Positions 9,959-20,155 of a DNA stretch of 64,000 nt are shown one piece after another. Position 1 is the stretch's first letter, and each line of letters opens with the position of its first letter. Where the stretch lies: positions 542,350 through 606,349 of the forward strand of contig CAVSGI010000008.1 of assembly GCA_963727445.1 (NCBI GenBank). The letters are read 5' to 3'. The translations under genes and the position numbers were made by a program. The notes below the pieces were generated by a model. It was not told the DNA's origin and made no database searches. It worked only from the letters and a program-made list of their open reading frames with translations. Origin of the DNA: an uncultured delta proteobacterium. Its GTDB lineage: Bacteria > Myxococcota_A > Polyangia > Polyangiales > B10-G4.

Positions 9959-10957
9959 TCAGCGCTCGCGCGCGAAGACGAACCACTGCCCGTCGGCCAG
10001 GTCGTTGACGCCGCACTTCTTCAGAGCGTCGTCCTCGCCCCAATCGGTCCCGTCGGACTGATTCGAATCCATCCCGCGATCGTCGAAGTCGATCGTGAAG
10101 TCACCGGTGTCGCCGCACTCGTCCTCGCCCTCGAGGAACCCGCTGTTCGCCGTGTAAGGGTCGCCTTCGGGGAGGGACACGTCGGCGATGTTGTCACGCC
10201 GCGCAGGCATTCCGTCATCGGCGTTGAGGCCGTCGTCCCCTTCTTCGAAGCAGCTGTCCGCGTCGGCCCCGCTGGTCCACTCGCCGTACCAGATCACGTC
10301 GTAGAACGAGAGGTCGACAGTGAAGGGATCCTCGGCCGCGCCGGGATCCGAGCGGCAAGTGAAGCGCACGTCGAAGCTCGTCGCCAGATCGCGCAGCCCC
10401 GACCAGATGCCCTCGTTCGCCATGGCCGGCTCCAGCGTCCGGAGGTCCCCGTAGTAGTCGCTCGCCTCGTCGTCGAAGGTCGTGCCACGGGTGCTCCCCA
10501 CCAGCGTCCAGCCCCCTTCGTCGGTGGTCATGTCGCAGTGGATCTCGTAGACCGGGCCCCCGTCCGCCGGCCGAAGGAGGTACACGCCGTCCGCCGTCTC
10601 GCCCGCGGTGAGCGCGGCGGCGCAGGAGGTGTAAACGGTGGCGGACGCGCAGATCCCTTCGTCGATCGCCGTGTCGCAGTCGTCGTCTTCGCCGTTGCAC
10701 ACTTCGGGCATCTCGAGGCACATGCCGCCGGTGTCGGCGGGCGCGACGTCGGCGGGGGCGTCGGCGGGAGCGTCGGCGGAAGCGTCGGGCGGAGCGGAAT
10801 CGGCGGAAACCGCCGCGTCCCCCGCAGGCACACAGTGATCGGTCGCGTCGCAGACCCAACCGTCGACGCAGGGACAGCTTCGGTTCGCCAGGTCGAGATC
10901 GCCGACGCTGCATCCAAAGAGCAGCACGAGCGCGACCGTCGTCCAGCGGAGACCCAT
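9959..10957 (-). CDS. Cys-rich lipoprotein with MopE-like metal-binding motif and fibrinogen-like domain
   Basis: Lipobox LFGC; EVCNGEDDDCDTAIDEG; SC..DGVYLL..HCDMTTDEGGWTLV; ATG at 10957 overlaps upstream stop. Confidence 0.75.
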   Translation of the reverse strand: MGLRWTTVALVLLFGCSVGDLDLANRSCPCVDGWVCDATDHCVPAGDAAVSADSAPPDASADAPADAPADVAPADTGGMCLEMPEVCNGEDDDCDTAIDEGICASATVYTSCAAALTAGETADGVYLLRPADGGPVYEIHCDMTTDEGGWTLVGSTRGTTFDDEASDYYGDLRTLEPAMANEGIWSGLRDLATSFDVRFTCRSDPGAAEDPFTVDLSFYDVIWYGEWTSGADADSCFEEGDDGLNADDGMPARRDNIADVSLPEGDPYTANSGFLEGEDECGDTGDFTIDFDDRGMDSNQSDGTDWGEDDALKKCGVNDLADGQWFVFARER

Positions 10958-11589
10958 CAGGTGAATCTTAGCGCATCCGCAGTCTCCGCCGGACGAGGCG
11001 GGATCCCGCCGGGAACCTCCGCCGCGCTGAGGAGCCCCCGTGCCCACAAGGTCCGCTTCACCATCACCTCGACAAAAGCCAGAAGGGGCGCCTCGAGCGC
11101 TCGCCCTTCGAGGATCCCGAGGGCGCGCGCCACGGCTTCGAGGGTGGAGAGCTGCTCGGGCCGCGCGCCGTGCCGCATGTAGCCCACCGCGCGGACGCCG
11201 GCCGGTAGCGATACCCGCGGCAGCTCCGAGAGGAGCGGATCGCGACCCGCGATGCGCCGAGCCTGGCGGTAGGTGCCGTCCGGGACGTAGAGCGCTGAGG
11301 GCGCGCGCTCTGGATCGAGCGGTCGCGCGTCGTCGCTGGGGAAGAGCAGCGCGGCCCCGGCCGGCGGCGCCGGCGTCTCGGTGCGCAACACGAGCGCGCC
11401 GCGCGCGAGGCAGCGCGGAACGAAGCGCCCGGTGTTGGTGGGCTTTTGGAGCTCCTGCGGGTGGGCGACCACCACCACCGGGACCCGGTTGTCCACGCGC
11501 GGGACCAGCGCGCAGAGGCACAGGCGCTCCGGCATGCGGCAGGCGACGCAGCGGGGCGTGCGGAAGCCGCGCTTCTGTCGGGTCGCCAT
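10957..11589 (-). CDS. DTW-domain protein (tRNA-uridine aminocarboxypropyltransferase, TapT-like)
   Basis: RCVAC..LCLC, HPQE..KPTNTG, LLFP, DGTYRQAR, LSTLEA. Confidence 0.85.
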   Translation of the reverse strand: MATRQKRGFRTPRCVACRMPERLCLCALVPRVDNRVPVVVVAHPQELQKPTNTGRFVPRCLARGALVLRTETPAPPAGAALLFPSDDARPLDPERAPSALYVPDGTYRQARRIAGRDPLLSELPRVSLPAGVRAVGYMRHGARPEQLSTLEAVARALGILEGRALEAPLLAFVEVMVKRTLWARGLLSAAEVPGGIPPRPAETADALRFT

Positions 11590-11622
11590 CGCCCCTTCCT
11601 TAGCACATGACGCCGTCGCGCA

Positions 11623-14600
11623 TCATTTGATGTCGAGGCGTTTGAGCATCTTCTGCAGGCCGTAGCGCGAGACGCCCAGGAGCTTGGCGGCCTTCGTCTG
11701 GTTTCCCTGACAGCGGGTGAGGGCGTCGCCGATCAAGCGCCGCTCGAGCACTCGGACCTGGCCCTTGAGGTCCAGCTCGTCGACCGCCTCGTCGACGGCG
11801 TCACCGCGCACCGCCTGTGAGAGATGCTCCGGCTGGATGCGCCCGCGAGAGAGCACCAGCGCACGCTGGATTTCGTTTTCCAGCTGCCGGACGTTGCCCG
11901 GCCAGGCGAAGGCCGAAAGCAGAGAGAGCGCCCGCGCGTCGATCTCCGCGTCGCCGTCGGGGTCGTGTCGCTCGAGAAAGTGCGCGACGAGGGCCGGGAT
12001 GTCCTCACGCCGCTCTCGCAGCGGCGGCAGCTCGACGGTGACGACCGCCAGACGGTAGAAGAGGTCCTCACGAAACGCGCCCTGTGACACCAACGAGGGC
12101 AGATCGCGGTGGGTCGCGGTGACCAGGCGCACGTCCACCTTGCGGGAGCGCGACGATCCCACCGGGCGGATCTCCCCCTCCTGAACGGCGCGCAGGAGCT
12201 TGGCCTGAAGCGCGGGGCTCATCTCTCCAATCTCGTCCAGGAAGAGCGTGCCACCTGCGGCCGCCTCGAAGAGGCCGATCCGCGCGCGGTCTGCGCCGGT
12301 GAATGCACCGCGCTCGTGACCGAAGAGCTCGCTCTCGAGGAGCGTCTCGGGAATGGCGCTCACGTTCTCGATCACGAAAGGGCCCTCGGCGCGCTCGCTC
12401 AGCCGATGGAGCGCCCGCGCCACGAGCTCTTTTCCGGTACCGCTCTCGCCTGTGACCATCACGGGCACGTGCGAAGGAGCGACGCGCTCGACCAGGGAGA
12501 GGACCTTGTGCATGGCGTCGCCCCGGCCCACGATCCCGAGGTCCTCCGCCGGCGCGCCAGCCGAGCGTTTGAGGCTCTCGATCTGACGCGCCTGCGCCTC
12601 GACGCGATGCGCGAGGCGCAGGCCACGCACCTCGAGGCGCCGGCGGGAGCGGCGCTCGCGACGCAGACGCTCGGCCCCGTCGAGGGCGATGGAGGAGAGG
12701 TCGGCCAGGTCCGACAGGAGCGCCACGTCCTCCGGGCCGAAGGCTCCGGGGCGGAGCCGGTCATCGAGGTAGATGGCGCCGCGCACCTCCCCCTCGCGCT
12801 TGAAGGGGACGGCGACGACCGAGCGCAGGGCGAGCGCATGAACGCTGGCGGCACCGTCGAGGCGTTCGTCGCGGAGCGCGTCCACGGTGGAGATCGGCGC
12901 CCCCGAGTCGATCGCGCGCGCGGCGAGGGAGCGCGAGAAGAGTCGCGCGTCCTCGTCGATGGTCTTGCGGTCGAGCCCACGCGCCACCCGCACCCGCAGC
13001 GCGCCGTCGTCTTTTCGAACGACGATGAAGCCGCGCTCGGCGCCGGAGAGATCGATGGCGGCGTCGAGGATCTCTTCGTAGAGGCGCGCGACCCTGCGCT
13101 CCGCGGTGAGCCTCCGCGCGTAGAAGACCAGGCGGCGAAAGCGTTCGTCGCCGGCGCGCTCACCGTCGGAGCGCGGCACGGCCGCGAACGCGCGCTGATA
13201 CGCCGCGACGGTGCGCATGCGCGCACGGGCGGCGGGTGGCAGCGTATTGGCCGCGGCGTCGAGGAGGGCGCGCGCGGCCGACAGGTGACGCCGGGCGCCC
13301 TCGTGATCGGCGGCCGCATCGGCGGCGTCGGCGGAGGAGAGGATCGCGCGAAGCCGGGCTTCGTAGCTGCCGAAACGCTCCGCGCTGGTGCGCGCGTCGG
13401 CCGCCGCGGACAGCGCCGCCTCCGCGTCGCCTTCGGCGAGGGCCACCCGGGCCGCCGCCACCGCGAGCTCGGTGCGGCCGAGCTCCGAGCCGTCCTCGGC
13501 CGCCGCCGCGCGCGCCTCCGCGAGCGAGGCGCGCGCTTCGCTCATGTCGCCCAGCGCCGCGAGGATCTGCGCCCGGCGCGAGCTCACCACCGCGCGATCG
13601 CGAGGCGTGGCGCTCTCGGCCCCGGAGGCGGCCTCCTTCGCTGCGCTCCGCGCGCGCTGGAGCTTGCCGCCGCGAAGCGCGATCTCCGCGTCCAAGATCG
13701 CCGCGAAGGCAGCCGCCGAGCGATCCCCCGCGCGCGCCGAGGCCGCGCGCGCGCTCTTCACCGCGACTGTGGCCAGGTCGTCGTCTCCGGCGAGCACCCC
13801 CGCCAAGCCGAGGTTGTAGAGCGCGCGACAGAGATCCTGATCGCGACCGAGGCGCGCCAGACGGCGCGCCCCGTCCCGGAGCGCGTCGGTCGCCTGACCG
13901 AGGTCGCCCGCATCGAGTCGCGTGACGCCGAGGTTCAACAGATACGCCGCCGCGCCATGCAGCTCGCCCGCGGCTTCGGCGAGCTCGAAGGCGCGCCCGT
14001 ATCGTTCGGCGGCGCGACGGATCTCGCCGCGGCTCAGGGCGATGGATGCGGCCACGGCGTGGGCGCGCGCCTCGATCGCGGGCGCGCGGCCCCGCCGAGC
14101 CGCGGCGATGGCCCGCTCGGCCAGCTCGCTCGCCTCCCCCGGCTCCCCGGCGTAGAGCGCACAGAGGGCGGCCACTTCGCAGAGTCTGCCCTCGCCCACG
14201 GCGTCACCCTCCGCCGTCGCCTCGGCCGCCCCCGCCGTGGCCTTCGACAGCGCGGCCCGCGCCTCACCCCCGTCGAGCATCAGCCGCGCAGCGGTCGCGC
14301 GCGCCGCGAAGCGCACCGAGGGATCGTCCGAGGTGATCGCCGGCGGCACGGTCTCGGCCGCCTCTTCGCGCCGCCCCGAGAGGCGCAAGAGCTCCGCGCG
14401 AAGTGTGATCGCCGCGAGATCCTCGTCTGCGTCGAGCACCTCGAGGGCCTCGCGATAGCGTCCGCGGGCGCGAAGGGCGTCGGCGAGTGCGCGCCCGACC
14501 CGCGCGGAGGATTGGCCGAAGACCGCTTCCGAGAGGCGGGCGAGGGCGATGGCGCCCTCTGCGTCACCGCGATCCCGGCGCTGAGCGAGCGCCAGGCAGA

Positions 14601-16422
14601 GCGCGTCGTCTGCCTGGGCGCGCTCACCGCGCGCCGCGAGGACGAATGCGCGCGCGTCCTGTGTGGTCACCAGATCGGCGAGCGCATCGGCGCGCGCGCG
14701 CTTCTCCTCCTCGGTGAGCGTTCGCAGGAATGCGACCACGAGATCGCGGCGCAGCCGAGGCGCGCCTTCCGCCCCGAAGGTCACCGCACCCTCGGCGGCG
14801 AGCGCCGACAGGCCCGACGCCGCGGCCGAGCCGAGGAGCGTGGTGAGCACGCGAGGCTCGAGGCTCCCGCCGGCGACCGCGAGGTGCTCGGCCACGGCGC
14901 GGCCGCGCGCCGGGAGCACCGCCGGTCCCTCCGACGAAGACGCGCGCAGCGTCTCGGGACGCGCGGGATCCCCGCCATCGAGGAGGATGGCGGCCAAGAG
15001 CCGGCAGAGCCGCCCGACGAGGCCACCGCTCGCTTCGAGGGCGGCGTCGACAAGCGCTGTCCTGGGGCTCTTCACCCCGAGCGCACTCTGCAGGAGCGCG
15101 GCGATGGTCTTCGCTTCTGCTGCGCCGAGGCTGACTGTGCTCTCGCCGTCGATCGGCGTCGTGCGTTCGAGGACGACGTGAAGCGTCACACCATCGAGGG
15201 CCGCCGCGGAAACGAGCGCGCGCGCCTCCTCCACGCTCACGCCGTCCGCGTCCTCCACCAGGAGCACCGCGTCGTGCGAGGGCGCCCCGCCGAGGGTGCC
15301 CACCGACGTCGCGAAGGTGGGGACGGTGGCCTTCGACTCCGCGCGGCCCCTCTGCAGCCGCCGCACCGCTTCGTGAACGAGGCGCGTGCGGCCCGCCCCC
15401 GACGGCCCGGCGACCACCACCACCCCCGTCGCGCCCAAGAGCGCCTCTTCGAGCGCCGCGAGCTCTGCCTCGCGCCCGGCGAGGGGCAGCGCTGTCGTGG
15501 CCATCGCGCGCTCGACCTCGGTCGCGGCGGCGGCCAGCTCGCTGAGCGCGTCCTTGGAGAGAGGCTCACCGCCGAGCTCGCGCCTCAGGGTCGCCAGACG
15601 AGAGACGACCTCGCGCGCGCTCGACGGTCGTTCGGTGGGCTCGAGCGAGAGGAGTGAATCGACGAGGCGGCCGAGGGAAGCCGGAACCGCCGCGGGCAGC
15701 GACGACGCGCCGCGCGGGCTCTCGGTCGCGCGCGCCCAGAGCTCGGCCACCGACGCCGAGCGGGTGTCGGTGAGCGGGCTCTTGCCGCCGAGGAGATGAT
15801 GGAGCGTCGCGCCCAGCGCGTAGAGATCGACCGCCGCGGATCGGTGCCCCTGCCAGGCCTCGGGCGCGAGGAAGGCGGGCGTGCCGGCCGCCGTCGGCCC
15901 TGTGCCGGGTGGGCGCGCGAGGCCGAGGTCGATCACGATGGCGGCGAGGGGATTGTCGCCGACGACCACGTTGTCGGGCTTGATGTCCCCGTGCACCAGC
16001 CCCACGCGGTGGATCGCCGCGAGCGCGCGCCCGATGGCGATGCCCACGCCGAGCGCCCAGAGGGGACGGTCTTCCTCCGCGATGCCGTCCACGGCCCGGC
16101 TCGCACGCGCGCCTGGCGCGAAGGCTTCGACCAGGACCGTGGCGCCTGGGCCGAAACGGAAGGGCGGCGGCGCTCCCTCGGCCACCGTGAGGAGCTCGTG
16201 CACCGGCGCGACGTTGGGATGCGCGATGCCGGTGAGGAGCTCGTGCTCCCAGGTGAGGCGGCCCGCGTCCTCGGGCGCCACGACCTTCAGCGCCCTGGGC
16301 GCGTCCTCGCTCCGCGTGTCGCGGGCGAGGATCACCCGTCCGGTGGCCCCGCGCCCCAGCTCCCGCACGTAGCGATAGCGCCCCGCCAACAACGGTGGCG
16401 CTTCCACGAGCTCCGACTTCAC
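11623..16422 (-). CDS. Ser/Thr kinase-ATPase-like-TPR-GAF-sigma54 enhancer-binding protein fusion
   Basis: HGDIKPDN, GTPAFLAPE; GPSGAGRT; GAF (AERGFI..LRSVVAVP..IYLD); GESGTGKE, ELFGHERGAFTGA, FLDEIGE, WPGNVRQLEN, Fis HTH. Confidence 0.9.
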   Translation of the reverse strand: MKSELVEAPPLLAGRYRYVRELGRGATGRVILARDTRSEDAPRALKVVAPEDAGRLTWEHELLTGIAHPNVAPVHELLTVAEGAPPPFRFGPGATVLVEAFAPGARASRAVDGIAEEDRPLWALGVGIAIGRALAAIHRVGLVHGDIKPDNVVVGDNPLAAIVIDLGLARPPGTGPTAAGTPAFLAPEAWQGHRSAAVDLYALGATLHHLLGGKSPLTDTRSASVAELWARATESPRGASSLPAAVPASLGRLVDSLLSLEPTERPSSAREVVSRLATLRRELGGEPLSKDALSELAAAATEVERAMATTALPLAGREAELAALEEALLGATGVVVVAGPSGAGRTRLVHEAVRRLQRGRAESKATVPTFATSVGTLGGAPSHDAVLLVEDADGVSVEEARALVSAAALDGVTLHVVLERTTPIDGESTVSLGAAEAKTIAALLQSALGVKSPRTALVDAALEASGGLVGRLCRLLAAILLDGGDPARPETLRASSSEGPAVLPARGRAVAEHLAVAGGSLEPRVLTTLLGSAAASGLSALAAEGAVTFGAEGAPRLRRDLVVAFLRTLTEEEKRARADALADLVTTQDARAFVLAARGERAQADDALCLALAQRRDRGDAEGAIALARLSEAVFGQSSARVGRALADALRARGRYREALEVLDADEDLAAITLRAELLRLSGRREEAAETVPPAITSDDPSVRFAARATAARLMLDGGEARAALSKATAGAAEATAEGDAVGEGRLCEVAALCALYAGEPGEASELAERAIAAARRGRAPAIEARAHAVAASIALSRGEIRRAAERYGRAFELAEAAGELHGAAAYLLNLGVTRLDAGDLGQATDALRDGARRLARLGRDQDLCRALYNLGLAGVLAGDDDLATVAVKSARAASARAGDRSAAAFAAILDAEIALRGGKLQRARSAAKEAASGAESATPRDRAVVSSRRAQILAALGDMSEARASLAEARAAAAEDGSELGRTELAVAAARVALAEGDAEAALSAAADARTSAERFGSYEARLRAILSSADAADAAADHEGARRHLSAARALLDAAANTLPPAARARMRTVAAYQRAFAAVPRSDGERAGDERFRRLVFYARRLTAERRVARLYEEILDAAIDLSGAERGFIVVRKDDGALRVRVARGLDRKTIDEDARLFSRSLAARAIDSGAPISTVDALRDERLDGAASVHALALRSVVAVPFKREGEVRGAIYLDDRLRPGAFGPEDVALLSDLADLSSIALDGAERLRRERRSRRRLEVRGLRLAHRVEAQARQIESLKRSAGAPAEDLGIVGRGDAMHKVLSLVERVAPSHVPVMVTGESGTGKELVARALHRLSERAEGPFVIENVSAIPETLLESELFGHERGAFTGADRARIGLFEAAAGGTLFLDEIGEMSPALQAKLLRAVQEGEIRPVGSSRSRKVDVRLVTATHRDLPSLVSQGAFREDLFYRLAVVTVELPPLRERREDIPALVAHFLERHDPDGDAEIDARALSLLSAFAWPGNVRQLENEIQRALVLSRGRIQPEHLSQAVRGDAVDEAVDELDLKGQVRVLERRLIGDALTRCQGNQTKAAKLLGVSRYGLQKMLKRLDIK

Positions 16423-16467
16423 CCCTCAATTACAGGAGAATTGCCCGAGCCCGTCAACCCGGTTGGC

Positions 16468-17388
16468 TCAGGCGGCTTCGCCGCTTTCCCCCGCCAGGAG
16501 GTAGAGCAGGGCCATCCGAACGGCCACCCCCGACTCGACCTGCGCCAGGACCAGGCTCTGGGGCGAATCGGCCACGATGGGGTCGATCTCCACCCCCCGG
16601 TTCATGGGCCCCGGGTGCATCACCAAGCAGTCCTTCGCGGCCAGGGCGAGGGCGCGTGGACCGATGCCGAACTTGCGGCTGTACTCCCGCACCGAAGGCA
16701 GGAGGTTCGAGGCTTTGCGCTCGTGCTGGATGCGCAGCGCCATGATCACGTCGACGCCTTCGATGCCGGAGGCGAGGTCGTCGTGCACCGAGACGTCGTA
16801 GGCCTCGGGCGCCGCCGGCAGCATGGTGCGCGGCGCGACGAAGCGAACCTCCGCCCCCAGCATGCGCAACAGCAGCGCGTTCGAGCGCGCGACGCGCGAA
16901 CGGGCGATGTCGCCGCAGATGGCGATCTTCAAGCCTTCGATGCGACCCTTGTGCTGTCGCAGGGTGAAGGCGTCGAGGAGCGCCTGGGTGGGATGGGCGT
17001 GGGTGCCGTCGCCCGCGTTCACCACGCTGAAGCCGACGCGCTTCGCCACGTAGTGCGGCGCGCCCGACGCGCTGTGGCGCATGATCACCACGTCGGGGTG
17101 CATCGCCTCCAGGGTCTTGACCGTGTCGTAGAGCGACTCGCCCTTCTTCACCGACGAGGAGGCGACGCTCATGTTGATCACGTCGGCGCTCATGCGCTTG
17201 CCCGCGAGCTCGAAGGAGGTGCGGGTGCGGGTGGAGTTCTCGTAGAAGAGGTTGATGACCGTCTTGCCGCGAAGCGTGGGGACTTTCTTCACCGGTCGCT
17301 TCGCGACCTCGAAGAACGCGGCCGCCGTATCGAGGATGCGGGTGGCTTCCTCCGCGCTCAGATCATCGACGTCCAAGAGGTGCTTCAT
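16468..17388 (-). CDS. pyrB: Aspartate carbamoyltransferase catalytic subunit
   Basis: [39 protein letters not shown]. Confidence 0.96.
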   Translation of the reverse strand: MKHLLDVDDLSAEEATRILDTAAAFFEVAKRPVKKVPTLRGKTVINLFYENSTRTRTSFELAGKRMSADVINMSVASSSVKKGESLYDTVKTLEAMHPDVVIMRHSASGAPHYVAKRVGFSVVNAGDGTHAHPTQALLDAFTLRQHKGRIEGLKIAICGDIARSRVARSNALLLRMLGAEVRFVAPRTMLPAAPEAYDVSVHDDLASGIEGVDVIMALRIQHERKASNLLPSVREYSRKFGIGPRALALAAKDCLVMHPGPMNRGVEIDPIVADSPQSLVLAQVESGVAVRMALLYLLAGESGEAA

Positions 17389-17925
17389 GCCCCACCCTTC
17401 TTTCGCATCACGACGCGATCCGGCCCGCCCTCGTCGAGCTCGACGCCGACCTGGCTCCCCGCGGTCGCGTCCACCGTGACCCCGACGAAATCCGCGACGA
17501 TCGGCAGCTCGCGGCCCCCGCGATCACAGAGCACGGCGAGCCAGATTCGCTCGGGACGGCCGTAGTCGAGGAGGCACTCGATGGCCGCGCGGATGGTGCG
17601 CCCCGTCTGCAGCACGTCGTCGACGATCACCACGTGCTGGTGGTCGACCTCGAAAGCGATCTCCACTCGGCCCGATCTTGGGGTCGGGCAGCGCCGTCGC
17701 CGCGTCGTCGCGGTAGAGGGCGATGTCCACCGTGCCGACCGGCACCTTCACGCCCTCGGCTTCTTCGATGGCGGCGGCGAGGCGCTTCGCGATGGGCACG
17801 CCGCCGCGACGCACGCCGACGAGCGCGAGCCGCGCGGCGCCGCCCGTGCGCTCGACGATCTCGGACGCGATGCGCCTCAGGCTCCGCCCGATCGCTTCCT
17901 CATCGAGAAGTACCGTCTCATCCAC
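17385..17925 (-). CDS. pyrR: PyrR regulator/uracil phosphoribosyltransferase, with 1-nt frameshift near 17664
   Basis: [19 protein letters not shown] in one frame; [25 protein letters not shown] in the next; removing one G restores PSEIAFEVD. Confidence 0.88.
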
Positions 17926-17966
17926 CGGGGCGGATGATAGCGGATCCTTCGCCTCGGAAGATCAGC

Positions 17967-18479
17967 CTAGGTCGTGGGGCCGGCCGCGCCGGGGGCCTCG
18001 GCAGAATGCGGCATGGTCTCGCCGTTCTCCTGCCGCTGCCGCATCTCGTACTTGGAGGGGCAACGGGGCACGACCTCGTTGGCCAGGAAGGTGTTGTCGT
18101 CTTGGAGCTCGCCGCGGACGGTGACGCTGATGCCCATGCCGTCTCGGAAGGAGTCGGGGACCACGCACTGGGGATAGGCGACGCTCATCTCCTGCTCGCC
18201 CTTTTCGAGGACGAAGCGCCACTCGCAGGGGTCTTCGCGGAAGCGGATGGAGCCCTGGCGGAGCTCGCCTTCGACCCGGAGCTGGCGGCCCCGATGCTGG
18301 TCGGGGTGGTCCATGACCTCGTCGAGGAGCTTGGAGTAGACGAAGACCTCGGAAGTGTCCGAGCCGAAGAGGAGGAAGGCGACGCCGCCGGCGAGGAGGA
18401 CGAAGACGAAACCGATCGGCACCCAGATGGGCAGTCCTCTCTTCTCTCCGTCGTCCGGCCGCTGGGCTTCTTCGCTCAT
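17967..18479 (-). CDS. ccmE: Cytochrome c maturation heme chaperone CcmE (CxxxY variant)
   Basis: N-terminal TM, LRVEG..GSI, VPDSFRDG..VTVRG, CPSKY motif. Confidence 0.85.
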   Translation of the reverse strand: MSEEAQRPDDGEKRGLPIWVPIGFVFVLLAGGVAFLLFGSDTSEVFVYSKLLDEVMDHPDQHRGRQLRVEGELRQGSIRFREDPCEWRFVLEKGEQEMSVAYPQCVVPDSFRDGMGISVTVRGELQDDNTFLANEVVPRCPSKYEMRQRQENGETMPHSAEAPGAAGPTT

Positions 18480-18544
18480 CTTCTGACCTCTCGTCAGGAC
18501 AAAGTATGGGTCAGCGGGCGCCGGATCGCCAGATGAGGCTCCCC

Positions 18545-18582
18545 CAAAGCGAAACCGGGACGGAGGTCTCCCTCCGTCCCGG
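18545..18582 (-). terminator. Rho-independent terminator after atpE
   Basis: Perfect 12-bp inverted repeat CCGGGACGGAGG (18555-66)/CCTCCGTCCCGG (18571-82), followed on the minus strand by TTTCGCTTT. Confidence 0.8.
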
Positions 18583-18611
18583 CAATTACCGGCTGGTTCA
18601 GGTCTCTGGAC

Positions 18612-18926
18612 TCAGGTCCCGAGGAGCATGATCGCGACGACCAGTGCGTAGATCACCAGCGACTCGATCAGCGCCAGGCCGAGGATCATCGGGGTGAAGA
18701 TCTTGCCGGACGCGTTGGGGTTGCGGGCGATGCCCTCGAGGGCAGCCGCCGCGGCGCGGCCCTGGCCGAGGGAGCCGCCGAAAGCCGCCAGACCGATGGC
18801 GAGACCAGCCGCCATGTAGGCCCACATCCGCACGCCGGGATCGGCGGCGGGCTCCTGCGCGAAAGCCGTCGCGGTGACGAGCGTGGGCGCGAGGAATGCG
18901 GCGAGGGTGAGCATCTTCTTCTTCAT
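18612..18926 (-). CDS. atpE: ATP synthase F0 subunit c with N-terminal signal-like extension
   Basis: [30 protein letters not shown]. Confidence 0.96.
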   Translation of the reverse strand: MKKKMLTLAAFLAPTLVTATAFAQEPAADPGVRMWAYMAAGLAIGLAAFGGSLGQGRAAAAALEGIARNPNASGKIFTPMILGLALIESLVIYALVVAIMLLGT

Positions 18927-18989
18927 CGAGAGCCTCCTAGAACTTTCTCATTCGGTGACCGAGCCAGCCGGCTACGGCAAAAGGGGGTT

Positions 18990-19784
18990 TCAGTGTTCCT
19001 CGTGGGCGATCGCCATCGAGATGTAAACCGATGACAAAAGGCAGAAGACCAGCGTCTGAACGACGACGACGATCGAGCCGAGGACGTACATCGGGAGCGG
19101 GACGAAGAACGGCACGAGCCCGATGAAGATCGTGAGGACCATGTGGTCCGCGGTCATGTTCGCCATCAGACGAATGGCCAGCGAGGCCGGCTTGACCAGG
19201 GAGCTGATGATCTCGATCACCAGCATCAGCGCCATCAGGGGCAGCGCGTACCACTTGATGATGGGCCCGAGGAAGTGCTTGAAGTAGGGCAGGCCGTGCT
19301 CCTTCACCCCGAAGATGTGCGTGGTGAAGAAGATGACCGAGGCGCAGGCCAGCGTGGTGTTGAGCTTGTCGGTGGGCGGCAGGAAGCCCGGGATCAGGCC
19401 GAGCGCGTTCGAAAAGAGGATGAAGAAGGCGCAGGTGCCGATGAGCGGCAGGAAGAAGCGCGCGGCCTTGGGGCCCATCATCTCCTGCAGCTGCCCGTAG
19501 GTGGCCTCGACCAGGAGCTCGACGAAGCTCGAGATCGTCAGGCTGTCCTCGGGGACGATCGCGTCCTTGGTGTTCTTGACGCGCGCGTTCGACACCAGCG
19601 CGAAGATCGTGATGAGGATCAGCACGAGGATCGCCGCGAAGACGTGCTGCAGGCTGATGTGCTCGTGGGCGACCCAGCTCACGCCCTCTTCGTTCACCGG
19701 CGCGGACAGCGCCTGCGCGGCGGTCTCGGCGTTCTTGTAGAAGGTGCCGAGGAGGACGTCGAACCAGCTGTGACCGTGGGGCAT
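18990..19784 (-). CDS. atpB: ATP synthase F0 subunit a
   Basis: NALGLIPG..PPT, SLAIRLMANM, VQTLVFCLLS.VY. Confidence 0.95.
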   Translation of the reverse strand: MPHGHSWFDVLLGTFYKNAETAAQALSAPVNEEGVSWVAHEHISLQHVFAAILVLILITIFALVSNARVKNTKDAIVPEDSLTISSFVELLVEATYGQLQEMMGPKAARFFLPLIGTCAFFILFSNALGLIPGFLPPTDKLNTTLACASVIFFTTHIFGVKEHGLPYFKHFLGPIIKWYALPLMALMLVIEIISSLVKPASLAIRLMANMTADHMVLTIFIGLVPFFVPLPMYVLGSIVVVVQTLVFCLLSSVYISMAIAHEEH

Positions 19785-19785
19785 C

Positions 19786-20148
19786 TCAGCGCTCCTCCTC
19801 GAGGACGTTCTTGCCAGCCATGGCGAAGCCGATGAAGAGCGCGCTGAAGCCGACCGCGAAACCGATCGGATGCACCCCCACCTTCGCCAGGAGGATCCAG
19901 ATGATCGCGAGGATGAACACCATCTTCATGGCGAGCATCACCGCAGTGGAGCCGCGCGACTTCTGCGGCCCGTGAACCAGCCGCATGACGAGCCACCTCA
20001 GGCCCACGAAGTTGAGCACCGCGACCACCGCGCCCACCGCGGCGCCGACCGCCGGCGACAGGCCGCCGATGGCGAAGACCAACACCGTGAGCACGACGCC
20101 CGCCAGGGCGACGTTCAGGGTGAGTCTGTCGATCGGTGCTTTTTCCAT
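19786..20148 (-). CDS. atpI: ATP synthase protein I (4 TM)
   Basis: Four hydrophobic helices, position upstream of atpB; ATG at 20148. Confidence 0.7.
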   Translation of the reverse strand: MEKAPIDRLTLNVALAGVVLTVLVFAIGGLSPAVGAAVGAVVAVLNFVGLRWLVMRLVHGPQKSRGSTAVMLAMKMVFILAIIWILLAKVGVHPIGFAVGFSALFIGFAMAGKNVLEEER

Positions 20149-20155
20149 CGGTGAT

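Noticed and set aside
17655..17675. Programmed frameshift in pyrR as pyrimidine sensing
   Set aside because: No slippery heptamer or U-run; similar indels are scattered through unrelated genes
18480..18540. Hammerhead or riboswitch in the ccmE leader (CTGACGA...GAA)
   Set aside because: Core and stems are incomplete; only a 5-bp hairpin is supported
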